A stretch of 64,000 nt of DNA from a virus: IMG/VR virus record IMGVR_UViG_3300033048_000096, one strand, 5' to 3'. This document shows positions 18,489 through 27,777 of the stretch, one piece after another; the first letter of the stretch is position 1, and each line of letters starts with the position of its first letter. The translations under genes were made by a program, and so were the position numbers. The notes beneath the pieces are model-generated. The model did no database searches, was not told the DNA's origin, and saw only the letters and a list, made by a program, of their open reading frames with translations.

Positions 18489-20105
18489 TTAGGGATTAAT
18501 TGCTATAAACTCCGGAGACATAAGAATTGTCGTCGACGTTATAGCGAACCCTGCGCGATATATTGTTGAGCCTGACGCTGAAGGAGCGGTGGTTGTTAAG
18601 CCGCCAGCAGTTTCTGACAGGTAAACTTGGTCACCAGCAGCGGCAAAGCCGACTATAGTTCCTGTAGTAATCGTTCTTCCTGGTCCAGCTATTAATTGAA
18701 CCACTGCACCTGCGGCAGCAGTGTTATTAGCAATACCTACTATGAAGTTACCACCAGAAGCTGTCGTTGCATCCGCGGGAGCAACCTCAGTTCCACTCGC
18801 TAAGTAAAGCGGGTCACCAGCGGTAACTCCGCCAGCTAAAGCTACGAAATCGGTGTTCGCGATCGCATTAACATTTAGGAAACCATCCTTGGTTAGTTGA
18901 ACTTCTGTATCGGTTCCATTAAGATCACTGAAGAAGAACATTTCGGTATCAAGACCGTCAGCCTTCGTGTAAATGTATCCAGTATCTGTATCAGCAGTAG
19001 CTGGAGTGGTTCTTTCATCCATCCACAATCCACTTATTGATCTAGCTTGACCATCACCAGTAACTCCAAACACTGAAGTTCCTGAGTCATTTTCAACGGC
19101 GAACCCAGTAGCTAAGGTGTCAGTACCTAACCTAATTAGAGTACGTCCAGTAACATCTGTGTTATCCATTATGTAATTGCCAGTAGTGGAGGTCATTAGG
19201 GTATTTGTACCGTCATGAATGACTGAGTAATCTGAGCCAGTTCCGACATTTAAGCTTGCATTATCCGGAATTATTACTTTATTAGCGGTAGAACCAAGAA
19301 TTAATTGATTGTTCGCGGCATCAGTCTCTAGGAAGCGACCACCTGAATCAGCCAATTGGAAGTCGGCAGCTGTGCCGGTATCATCAATCGTAATGACCAT
19401 ATCACCGGATGTATCAATTAATGCAATGGTCTGACCAGCATCATAAGACGCTTGCAAAGTTGCTCCAGCAGCTGATGCGAAGTCTGCGAATACAAATCCG
19501 GTCACGGCACCTGATGCGCTCTCCCATATTCCGTCAGTACCTGATCTAAGAACAGATACAGTTACCTTCGTAATTAATGCGCCAACGTCACCAGCATTAG
19601 CTACAAGCTGATTGTCGGTGAAATCTTCTACCTGGTTGGTTACACCATTAGCAGTCGACCTAAGAGTTAGCAAGTTTGCGGCATGAGAAAGAACTTCGTA
19701 AAGTCCGTCATTTTCGCCACCATTAGCCGAGCCTGAAATTTGAACTAAATCTGCTAACGCAAATGTAGCCGCTCCAGCTGTCGTTACTGTGGGATCAGAA
19801 GTAGCGCCCACACCTGCCACGAAAACGCCCGTGCCGATCGTAGTGTCAGTAGTCGCTGTCGGTAGGTAATTAACAATTAACCCACCAGTTTGCGCGGCTG
19901 CAGTGGTATAACCAGCATTAACGTATGTGTGATTGTCTGAAACCAGAACCGTTTCGGCCTGATTAGTGAATTTAGTTCCCTTTACCGTTAAGTCTCCACC
20001 GACAATTAAATTGCCAGTACTAAGCTCAACAGTATCTCCTGCGGCAACCTTTTGGGGTACGCCTCCAGCTGGAAGAACTAAAATTTGGTCTGTAAATGTT
20101 GCCAT
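18489..20105 (-). CDS. Putative virion fibre/decoration protein
   Basis: Thr/Ala/Gly-rich; C-terminal domain GDPLYL...ADA...VGIA...VYLSETAG resembles DUF2190/capsid-cement-like domains. Confidence 0.65.
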   Translation of the reverse strand: MATFTDQILVLPAGGVPQKVAAGDTVELSTGNLIVGGDLTVKGTKFTNQAETVLVSDNHTYVNAGYTTAAAQTGGLIVNYLPTATTDTTIGTGVFVAGVGATSDPTVTTAGAATFALADLVQISGSANGGENDGLYEVLSHAANLLTLRSTANGVTNQVEDFTDNQLVANAGDVGALITKVTVSVLRSGTDGIWESASGAVTGFVFADFASAAGATLQASYDAGQTIALIDTSGDMVITIDDTGTAADFQLADSGGRFLETDAANNQLILGSTANKVIIPDNASLNVGTGSDYSVIHDGTNTLMTSTTGNYIMDNTDVTGRTLIRLGTDTLATGFAVENDSGTSVFGVTGDGQARSISGLWMDERTTPATADTDTGYIYTKADGLDTEMFFFSDLNGTDTEVQLTKDGFLNVNAIANTDFVALAGGVTAGDPLYLASGTEVAPADATTASGGNFIVGIANNTAAAGAVVQLIAGPGRTITTGTIVGFAAAGDQVYLSETAGGLTTTAPSASGSTIYRAGFAITSTTILMSPEFIAINP

Positions 20106-20218
20106 TTTATATTTCCTTTATTTTATTTTTGTTGTAATTCTTTTAACTGAGGCTTAATTGGACTATCAAGATGCTCTTCGATACATTTATAATTATTAGT
20201 TATTTTTTTAAATTATCT

Positions 20219-20950
20219 TTAATTAATTGCGATTAAATTAGGTTGGAACAATATATTTGGAATTATCGTTGCTCCATCAGCCCCCTGCAATATACCTAAC
20301 AAAAATACTACGCTTCCTAGTGTAGTTGGTGGAGTTATAGTTGCTAACCCTAAAGTTTCTGACAGGTAAACTGGCTGGCCGTTGCTTATGGCTGCTGGTG
20401 CGGCAGCAAATCTAGCTGGTATTAGCTTCCCAGGGACTGAATTTATCTCGGCAGTATCTCCAACCAAATAGCTCGCAGTAGATGACCCAACTGTTCTTGA
20501 CTCATTTGTTGTTCCAGTATTTGAGTCAGCCATTTGAACATTTCCGGAAGCATTAATATATAATATGTTACCTACGGATATAGCATCATCAGTAACCAAA
20601 GTTAATGGGGCGGTAGAACTTGCCTCAAGAAAGTCAAGCCTAGCACCTACGGTTGCGAAGCTTCCGCTAGGATTAACTCCAAGCTCTGTTATTAGGCCAG
20701 AAACAGACGCTTCAAGCACCGCAACTCTAGCTTCTAATGCGGTCAGATCGGCTCCGCTAGATGATTCTAAATCATCTAGTCTCTGAACTACAGTATCGTA
20801 AGTTCCGCTAGGATTAATTCCCAACTCTGATTCTATATTTAGTATAGCTTCTCTTAGGTTATTAACACTAAATGCATTAATTGCGGTTACACCGTCAATT
20901 ACTAAGGGTAACTGTGAAAATCCATCAATTGCATTAGGATAAATAGACAT
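20219..20950 (-). CDS. Putative virion decoration protein
   Basis: Internal duplication ELGINPSGTYDTVVQRLDDLE / ELGVNPSGSFATVGARLDFLE; C-terminal domain shared with 18489..20105. Confidence 0.65.
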   Translation of the reverse strand: MSIYPNAIDGFSQLPLVIDGVTAINAFSVNNLREAILNIESELGINPSGTYDTVVQRLDDLESSSGADLTALEARVAVLEASVSGLITELGVNPSGSFATVGARLDFLEASSTAPLTLVTDDAISVGNILYINASGNVQMADSNTGTTNESRTVGSSTASYLVGDTAEINSVPGKLIPARFAAAPAAISNGQPVYLSETLGLATITPPTTLGSVVFLLGILQGADGATIIPNILFQPNLIAIN

Positions 20951-20984
20951 AAACTTTAACTCTCCCCAGTTTTGTTCGAATTAT

Positions 20985-21128
20985 TTACTTTTTAACATTC
21001 TTGTTGTTAAGGTTAGAAATTCTTCTTATTGTGACCAAAGGCATAGAACGCCTTGCCGAGGTTTTTTTCGCTCTATTTATAATTTTACTTCTGTTCTTTG
21101 GTTTACTTTTATTGCATCCACAGGCCAT
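20985..21128 (-). CDS. 47-aa very basic protein with N-terminal CGC motif (absent from ORF track)
   Basis: Manual translation MACGCNKSKPKNRSKIINRAKKTSARRSMPLVTIRRISNLNNKNVKK*; GGAG RBS. Confidence 0.6.
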   Translation of the reverse strand: MACGCNKSKPKNRSKIINRAKKTSARRSMPLVTIRRISNLNNKNVKK

Positions 21129-21273
21129 AATTAACTCCAGCTCAAACCTAGCAAAAATATTAGCAGGTTACCTATCGAGCGGTTTTATTAATTTTTACGA
21201 GTATTAATATAGATGTGAATTATACATTTGCAAATATAGTTAAATTTAAAATAAAAAGTTTGGGAGCAAATTA

Positions 21274-22086
21274 ATGAATAAAGTTAAAACAATATTTACA
21301 CTTCTGGGATTCTCTTTTTTGACATGCATTGTGCCTGCAAATAATCATGGAAAAATAAACATTGAGAATATATCGTCTGCGCAAGAGATCTCTTCGGATA
21401 TCTCGTCAAATCTTGATTTTTATGACAAGCAGAATAACCTAACCAAATCAGTCGTCAAGCTTAGCTTCGAGATTAAAAGCCCCTGGGGAATCGTTGGACA
21501 TGGGTCGGCTACTGGATTTAGTGTGGCCTATGATAGAGAGAAAGATAAAAGCTATGTTATAACTAATGATCATTTTTGCCAATCACTTAACGAAGTCTTT
21601 CCCGTCCCAGGAAGATTTTACTACCAAACGTACGATATGATAATGGTTTCTAATCAAAAAAACACACTCAAGGGAGTATCTATACTGAAAACAGATCCGT
21701 CAAAAGACCTATGCCTAATGGTCGCTGATGGATATGTAAAGCCGGCCAAGATTGCTTCAAAAAAATACAAAGCTAGACAAATGGATCCCGTAAGCTTCAT
21801 TGGGGCACCAGCTGGTATATTCCCTATCAAGTTGGACACCTATCTAAGCAGCTTAGTCAGCAGAGATATACTTCCCAGTCACATGTCTGAGGGTAATGAA
21901 TTGTATCTCTTGTCAGAAGTCGCTATGGGAGGACATAGTGGGAGCCCAGTTTTTAATAAAAAAGGCGAAGTCATTGGGGTCTTATTCCTTAGTCTAGAAA
22001 ATAGTAATGGTAGAATGTACGGATCTATAGCTATACCACTAGGGGATCTTCATGAGTTCCTGGATAAGAACTCAATAAAGTATTAA
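21274..22086 (+). CDS. Trypsin-like (S1) serine protease with N-terminal hydrophobic signal
   Basis: Triad motifs TNDHFC, KDLCL, GGHSGSPV. Confidence 0.85.
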   Translation: MNKVKTIFTLLGFSFLTCIVPANNHGKINIENISSAQEISSDISSNLDFYDKQNNLTKSVVKLSFEIKSPWGIVGHGSATGFSVAYDREKDKSYVITNDHFCQSLNEVFPVPGRFYYQTYDMIMVSNQKNTLKGVSILKTDPSKDLCLMVADGYVKPAKIASKKYKARQMDPVSFIGAPAGIFPIKLDTYLSSLVSRDILPSHMSEGNELYLLSEVAMGGHSGSPVFNKKGEVIGVLFLSLENSNGRMYGSIAIPLGDLHEFLDKNSIKY

Positions 22087-22111
22087 AAAAAAGGCCTCAA
22101 GGGCCTTTGTT
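22085..22111. terminator. Bidirectional terminator between convergent genes
   Basis: A8-GGCC-TCAAG-GGCC-TTTGTT. Confidence 0.7.
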
Positions 22112-22116
22112 AAATA

Positions 22117-22407
22117 TTACTTTCTTTTAAAGCGACGCTTCTTATTTAATATTTTGGGTTTGGGTTTGTTTTCTTGTCCCATTATTTTCTCTTGGGTTAA
22201 GTCTGACAAATGCTTGAAGAACACGGGATCAATTTGATTTCCCGACATTATTGTGTTAACAACCTTGCTCGCAATATCCAAAGCTCTTAAGGCTTCTATT
22301 ATTTGCTCATCATCTTCCTCTCCGGAGTCAACTTTGCTTTTAATATCCCTAAGAATCATTACAGCCTCCGGGGATATCCCCGCGAAGCTTGCGTTATTCT
22401 TTTTCAT
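22117..22407 (-). CDS. Hypothetical protein
   Basis: ORF overlapping its neighbour in operon fashion. Confidence 0.6.
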   Translation of the reverse strand: MKKNNASFAGISPEAVMILRDIKSKVDSGEEDDEQIIEALRALDIASKVVNTIMSGNQIDPVFFKHLSDLTQEKIMGQENKPKPKILNKKRRFKRK

Positions 22408-22597
22408 TTAGAGATCTTGACTTTAAAAGGATTAAATTAGCTATTACCTTATCCAGTATGTCCGGGCTCATCTTAGCGGTTATTACCACCGAAGATGACT
22501 TGTCAGACTTAGCTCTGATCGATAAATCTACTGACCCTCGACCATCACCCTTAACCTCTATATAATCAAAAGAATTTCTGTCAACAATAATTTTCAT
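22394..22597 (-). CDS. Hypothetical protein
   Basis: 67-aa ORF coupled (TAATG) to PhoH. Confidence 0.6.
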   Translation of the reverse strand: MKIIVDRNSFDYIEVKGDGRGSVDLSIRAKSDKSSSVVITAKMSPDILDKVIANLILLKSRSLNEKE

Positions 22598-23901
22598 TAC
22601 ATTACCTTTGCCGCGAATGTCGCGAGCTTACTTCTCTCTCCTTTTAGTAGCCTTACGTGACCGGAGCTTTCAAACTCCCTGAATAATTCTACCACAGAAG
22701 ATAATCCTGATGTTTTTTGATCAACGGTAGGTGAGTCAATTTGCTCAAGATCGCCTAACAGTATAATTTTAGACCCCTCACCCATTCTTGTTAGAAGAGC
22801 TTTAGCTTCATGATGAGTTATATTTTGAGCTTCGTCAATTATAAATATAGTATTAGGTAAAGTCCGGCCTCTTATATAAGTTAGCGCCTCAACCTCTATG
22901 ATACCTTTATCAATCATCATATCAACATAACCCTTTCCTTTATTAGAATAAATTACATTTAAGTTGTCAAATATAGGTTGCAACCAAGGCAAAATCTTTT
23001 CTGATTTAGTTCCTGGCAAGAAGCCTATATCCTTGCTCGTGCTCTGAACGGGCCTGGTTATTATTAATTTGTTATAAGTCCCGGCGTGCAAATGATTCAT
23101 GGCTGATGCTATCGATAGCATCGTCTTCCCCGAACCAGCCATTCCGGTTATAGAAACCATATGTATCTCCGGATCCATTAATAATTCCATGGCGAAAAGC
23201 TGCTCTTTTGATCGCGGGATAATTCCCTCTATATCAAAATTCTTATCGCTAGCGAAATATAGCTTCCTAACAGTATTTTTGTTTTCAGCCACAGCTAGGG
23301 CACTCTGCTGGCCGCATCTCATTATAACACCTTGGTTGGGGTGCAAATCATAACCATCGACATTTATTATGCCATTCTTATAAAACATGTCAATTGATTT
23401 TCTGTCAGTCTCTATGGTTAATATTCCATCATAAAAATAATCGGACTTCGATGTTGAGTTTTTCTCATAATTTATAGCTTGTATATTCAGAGAATCACAT
23501 TTAACTCTAAGAGCAATATCTCTACTTACCACTACAGCGTCCTTGCCCAAATCAATCAATCTTGCAGCTACTGATATAATTCTATTATCAGTGGAGTCAA
23601 GCATCCCGGTAGGTAGTGACGACATGTCAGAAAATGAGGCCACATAAATAACCTGGTCATTATCTAATCTTATCCCGTCTGCTAGTGAGCCATCCTGCCT
23701 AAGTTGGTCTAAAAATCTATTTACATACCTACATGATGAGCCTGTTAGATCCATTCTGGTTTTTAAATTATCCAGTTCCTCTAAGACCTCCATTGGTATA
23801 TACACATCGTGACCAGCAAAGCTGTTTATTGATTCTCCGTGATGTGCTAGCACCGAAGTATCTATTACGTAAGTTCTTCTTGTTGAAGATGATGGTGACA
23901 T
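22597..23901 (-). CDS. phoH: PIN-PhoH (PhoH2-type) protein
   Basis: PIN VIDTSVL, EELDNLK, DNRII, SRDIALR; Walker A GMAGSGKT, IGFLPG, RGRT, IIDEAQN. Confidence 0.92.
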   Translation of the reverse strand: MSPSSSTRRTYVIDTSVLAHHGESINSFAGHDVYIPMEVLEELDNLKTRMDLTGSSCRYVNRFLDQLRQDGSLADGIRLDNDQVIYVASFSDMSSLPTGMLDSTDNRIISVAARLIDLGKDAVVVSRDIALRVKCDSLNIQAINYEKNSTSKSDYFYDGILTIETDRKSIDMFYKNGIINVDGYDLHPNQGVIMRCGQQSALAVAENKNTVRKLYFASDKNFDIEGIIPRSKEQLFAMELLMDPEIHMVSITGMAGSGKTMLSIASAMNHLHAGTYNKLIITRPVQSTSKDIGFLPGTKSEKILPWLQPIFDNLNVIYSNKGKGYVDMMIDKGIIEVEALTYIRGRTLPNTIFIIDEAQNITHHEAKALLTRMGEGSKIILLGDLEQIDSPTVDQKTSGLSSVVELFREFESSGHVRLLKGERSKLATFAAKVM

Positions 23902-23926
23902 TAATTTGATCTCCATTTAATTATAT

Positions 23927-24274
23927 TTAACCTTTAACTAGATCTATATTTTCTTCTATTATAGACCAACATTCAATTTCTATTTCGTAGTATAACTCCC
24001 CCGTGTCTTTATCTTTTCTCATCGTTAATTCTGGGCCAGCAAATTCTCCTACCAAATCGCCTTTAAACTCTACGCTTAAAGCACCTAAGGAGGAGTAACT
24101 AACTATATCTATATTGTTCTCATATAAATAATTTGTAAAAGTAGGATCATCTAACTCATTAATCTCTTGGATATCTACCCCTAAAAATATAAGCAAATTT
24201 TCTAACCACTCTTCTTTTGTTTCGTTCACAGCTTCTTGGTAGTTAAACCTATCAGCTAGGATCTTTAAAATCAT
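23927..24274 (-). CDS. Hypothetical acidic protein
   Basis: Open frame; start uncertain (track start 24343). Confidence 0.6.
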   Translation of the reverse strand: MILKILADRFNYQEAVNETKEEWLENLLIFLGVDIQEINELDDPTFTNYLYENNIDIVSYSSLGALSVEFKGDLVGEFAGPELTMRKDKDTGELYYEIEIECWSIIEENIDLVKG

Positions 24275-24344
24275 CTCTGTCTTTTCTCCATTTAAGAATT
24301 TCAGACCTACATCTAATTTACCATTGTTAGTAGAAAAAAACAAT

Positions 24345-24378
24345 AAAAAATAAGCGCTATTCTTTCGAGTAGCGCTTA
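24345..24378 (-). terminator. Intrinsic terminator after nrdJ
   Basis: TAAGCGCTACTC-GAAA-GAATAGCGCTTA then 6 T on the minus strand. Confidence 0.75.
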
Positions 24379-24409
24379 GTTAAAAGAATAATTCCTATGA
24401 TTGTCTTTA

Positions 24410-26202
24410 CTATTCGAACTCAACTACACAGCTATCACCATCACAAAATTTAGTCCCAGAGCCAGCGACTTCCGTCTCAAATTTATGTATTGGGGTTATT
24501 AAGGCTATCATCTCATTATACTCTTTCTCTGTAATAGGTTCATAAGGGGCTTGTACATATCCCGTCTCTTCGTATCTCAAGAAACTGACAGCCTTAAGTT
24601 TAGACTCATACATCTCAAGAGCCGTTTTGATATGCTTACCTTCTTCTGGGTGGAATGTTACTGTTATACTGACACTGTTATCCGCCCAATAATATTGCAT
24701 ATCCGCTGCCAATTGTAATTGCTCCCACATACTTACATCCCTTTTTCCTCTCTCAAAGAAAGGCTCTTTCACTGGGAATGAAGCAATTATAGTGTTCGGG
24801 CTAGATACGCACGGCTCAGTATGGTATCCAGCCTTACGCAATGTTGGAAGCATATCATTTTGCTTTGAGAATCTAATTCTTCTTATGTAATATTCATCTT
24901 CCGGGAAATGAATTCCTGGAGTGCTACCATTTAGAAGACTTACCGTACCGCTAGGCTTAATCGTGGTAGTTCTTTTACTTCTGGGGACACATAGCCAATC
25001 ACTATAAGTATGATCTAATTTTTGAATGAAATTATAAGAAGAATCACACCAATTCATAAACTCTCTGTAACCAAACTTATTGATCGCCTGACGAACACCA
25101 GAAATTCCGGTGCCTATTCTTCTGTTCTTTTGCATCTTCCCATTTGTCTCGGCCCAATGAGTTCTCGTTAGAGTTACCGTCTTACCATATAGATATGCTA
25201 TCTTAACTGTCTTCAGGTAGTCTTCTAAGCTCTCATGCTTCGCTGGGAATGTCTCGGGCACGTTACATAACTCTCGGCTCTCTAGCTGCATCTCAACGCA
25301 AGGATTGAATCCCTCCACGGAAAGATCATCATCTCTTGCGGGATCTTTCATCCTTCCGTAATTTCTGGCATTTTCCAACCAGATATATCCGGGCTCACCA
25401 TTCTTTATGGTTAGTTTTGCATATTTATCATAATTCATCCCAATCTCAGCGTTAAAGCTATTATTGCTTCCCCATCTATGATGTCGTAATGGGTGATTCT
25501 CTATCTCTACCTCAAGAAGCTTAGCCTCTTCGCTCCCAGAATCAAGTGACTTTAAACGCTCAATCAATTCGTTAAGCTTATCGGGATTTTTCATATTTAA
25601 GTAATCAATGTCATCTTTGTTTCCGAGAGATAAAGCTGCGCTTCTTCTTACGTTTCCAGCAACGACACATCTGCCAATTAAATTTTCTGTATCTACAATG
25701 TCAGTACCTGATATTAATAATCCTATTCTTTCTGTATAAAACGAAGTCAATGTTTCGTGCAGTTCCTTAAGTGGGCCCGAACCGCTGCTCGTTCCTCCGA
25801 AACCATTTATAGGCTCCCCATAAGCTCTAATTCCGGAATAATCAAATTCAGGTATTCCACCTCCGTAAAAAAATCCATCCAATAAGACCCTAACACTTTC
25901 TACCCAAGCCTCTCTTGTGTCAGCAATCACACATAACTGAGACTTACCCTCTCTTGTTGTGTATTCGTTTTCGTGCGCAAAATTAAGCCTACAATTTGAA
26001 ATAACAGAACCCGGCTCTTTTACCGTAAGAGATTTCGCTCCTTTTGTATCAAAACCCACTCCTACACCTAGCATTAACGCGTCCATTATCCACGCGAATA
26101 TTTCCGATCCTCTATTGTCCAAGTCTTTTGTTGATATAAAACCACAGTTAAATAATCCAGCCGCAGTTCTCTCCTCAACGAATTTTGTGCCCATCATCCA
26201 TA
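24410..26202 (-). CDS. nrdJ: Class II (B12-dependent) ribonucleotide reductase, exon 2
   Basis: FNCGF, GVGVGF, VVAGNVRRSA, NPCVE, ELCN, TIKPSGTVS, C-terminal CDGDSC. Confidence 0.92.
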
Positions 26203-27225
26203 CCAATGGGACTTTCTATATGCCTTTCGACATATAACGGACTATACCTTCTCGCGATTAAACCAACGAGGAACGATTATAGTCTCTGAACCTTAGAATC
26301 TAATTTTGCAATAGTATTATCATGCTTAAATATCTCAAGCACAACTCTATTAGCATAGCATTGACGTTTCTTCTCTATTCTATTCTTATACTCAGCTGTA
26401 TTTATACCGAAATATTCGATGTATAAATTTTTCTCAGGTAAATAGAAATCAAAAGTATAATCAGAATTTCCGTAAGGAACTTCTTTTTCAAATAAAATAT
26501 TACGTTCTCTTAGGTAGCGCCCGATCAAATACTCTTGTCTAGAAAGATATGTGATTCCATCATGCACATACACGCGGCCGTAGCCATGCTTGGTATGATG
26601 AAAATATTTAATTCCTTTTAGATTTACATATTTATAAATCTGAGACCATCTAGATATATTAAATCTATGCGTATATACTTCCCAGTGAGGATAGTCTGGT
26701 GACTTTCCATCAAATTCTTCCCTAAGTGGTAAAACCTGATATATGCGCACATGCTTTTCTACAAGCTTTATTAATTCATCATTAGACAGATGATTATGAA
26801 ATCGTTTATTGGTAATTCCAAAAACTTCTCTCATTGCGTTATTCCACGTTCCGTAATACTTCTGCGCCCTTGCTGTAAGAGCTTCGTCATCACTTGCTTT
26901 CGGCAATCTTCTTAGTTGTTTTCGTAAATTCAAAAGAGTGGCTTTAACTCGTCCAGCATTCCATTTGGCCGGAATTAAGATTTTGTTATCATTAAGCCAT
27001 TGTAGTAACTCTCCGGAGCGACCAACTTTTTTATACAACTTTCGTCGTGAAGTAATCACCCCTTGTTCTATCTCTTTTAAAATTTTATCACTAAGCATTA
27101 GTTCCTCTTGGCTGCTGATTGTCCAATCCTAAATCTTATCAAACCTTTCGACTTATGTCGTGTGGTGCTCTAGGCTCTAAGGAGTTTCCAGCAATTTACA
27201 TTCTTTAATGTGGGCTATGAAGTTA
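26203..27225 (-). mobile_element. Group I intron (1023 nt) in nrdJ
   Basis: P AAATTGCTGGAAA (27185-27197), Q AATCAGCAG (27112-27120), R TCAGAGACTA (26280-26289), S AAGGTATAGTCC (26239-26250); P1 with U-G at the 5' splice site; terminal G; splicing restores PPGRGL-WMMG. Confidence 0.92.
26277..27098 (-). CDS. Intron-encoded putative homing endonuclease (PD-(D/E)XK / Vsr-like)
   Basis: C-terminal SRQE...FEKEVPY...FDFYLPEKNLYIEYFG; N-terminal repeats of the YYGTWNNAM type. Confidence 0.75.
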   Translation of the reverse strand: MLSDKILKEIEQGVITSRRKLYKKVGRSGELLQWLNDNKILIPAKWNAGRVKATLLNLRKQLRRLPKASDDEALTARAQKYYGTWNNAMREVFGITNKRFHNHLSNDELIKLVEKHVRIYQVLPLREEFDGKSPDYPHWEVYTHRFNISRWSQIYKYVNLKGIKYFHHTKHGYGRVYVHDGITYLSRQEYLIGRYLRERNILFEKEVPYGNSDYTFDFYLPEKNLYIEYFGINTAEYKNRIEKKRQCYANRVVLEIFKHDNTIAKLDSKVQRL

Positions 27226-27553
27226 ACCCACGCCCAGGAGGAGTCCATTTCATTAGAAATAAACGCTCATAGGCATCTTTCGCTGTTCTTTGAGCTTTGG
27301 CGTCATTCCACTCAAGTCCCAAACCTAATACATGCTTTTTTTGGATATAAAACATGCCCTCAACAACCCTGCGGCATGTCTGCCACCATTCTTCTGTACC
27401 TATAGCTCCCGGCTCATACTCATCAAGTCGCCTAGCGTAAGTTCTTTTATAGGTTATATATCCTATGCCGCCGTATCCCCACGGTACTTCTCTATCCTTG
27501 TAAGGTTCGAGGAATTGCTCACTCATCTTGAATCGCCTAACTTTCTCCACCAT
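27226..27553 (-). CDS. nrdJ: Class II ribonucleotide reductase, exon 1
   Basis: YKRTYAR, EEWWQTCRRVVEG, KWTPPGRG; joined CDS is 2121 nt, 706 aa. Confidence 0.9.
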
Positions 27554-27682
27554 AAACCTCTCCCTATTGTTTAACGTAAAACATAACTCTTTGAATTTAT
27601 TGAAAATGAAGAGTTATCAATTCCAATAACGTATCGAAACGTAATTTAGCGAAATCTATTAGTAGCGCTTTTTAAAAATTAA

Positions 27683-27710
27683 ATTATAACTTGACAAAAA
27701 TTTCATGCAA
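27683..27710 (-). promoter_or_regulatory. Candidate sigma70-like promoter for nrdJ
   Basis: TTGCAT-16 nt-TATAAT. Confidence 0.45.
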
Positions 27711-27777
27711 ATCAAATGATTTAATTACATAACCGGTTTTCGTGAAATATATATATATTAACTTTATATTATTTCAT

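Noticed and set aside
24410-27553. nrdJ as a pseudogene, frameshift, intein or two-subunit split gene
   Set aside because: Group I core elements, P1/P10 pairing and exact restoration of the frame explain the split.
27554-27777. Cobalamin riboswitch or NrdR box upstream of nrdJ
   Set aside because: No B12-box or NrdR consensus found; the region is very AT-rich with only simple hairpins.
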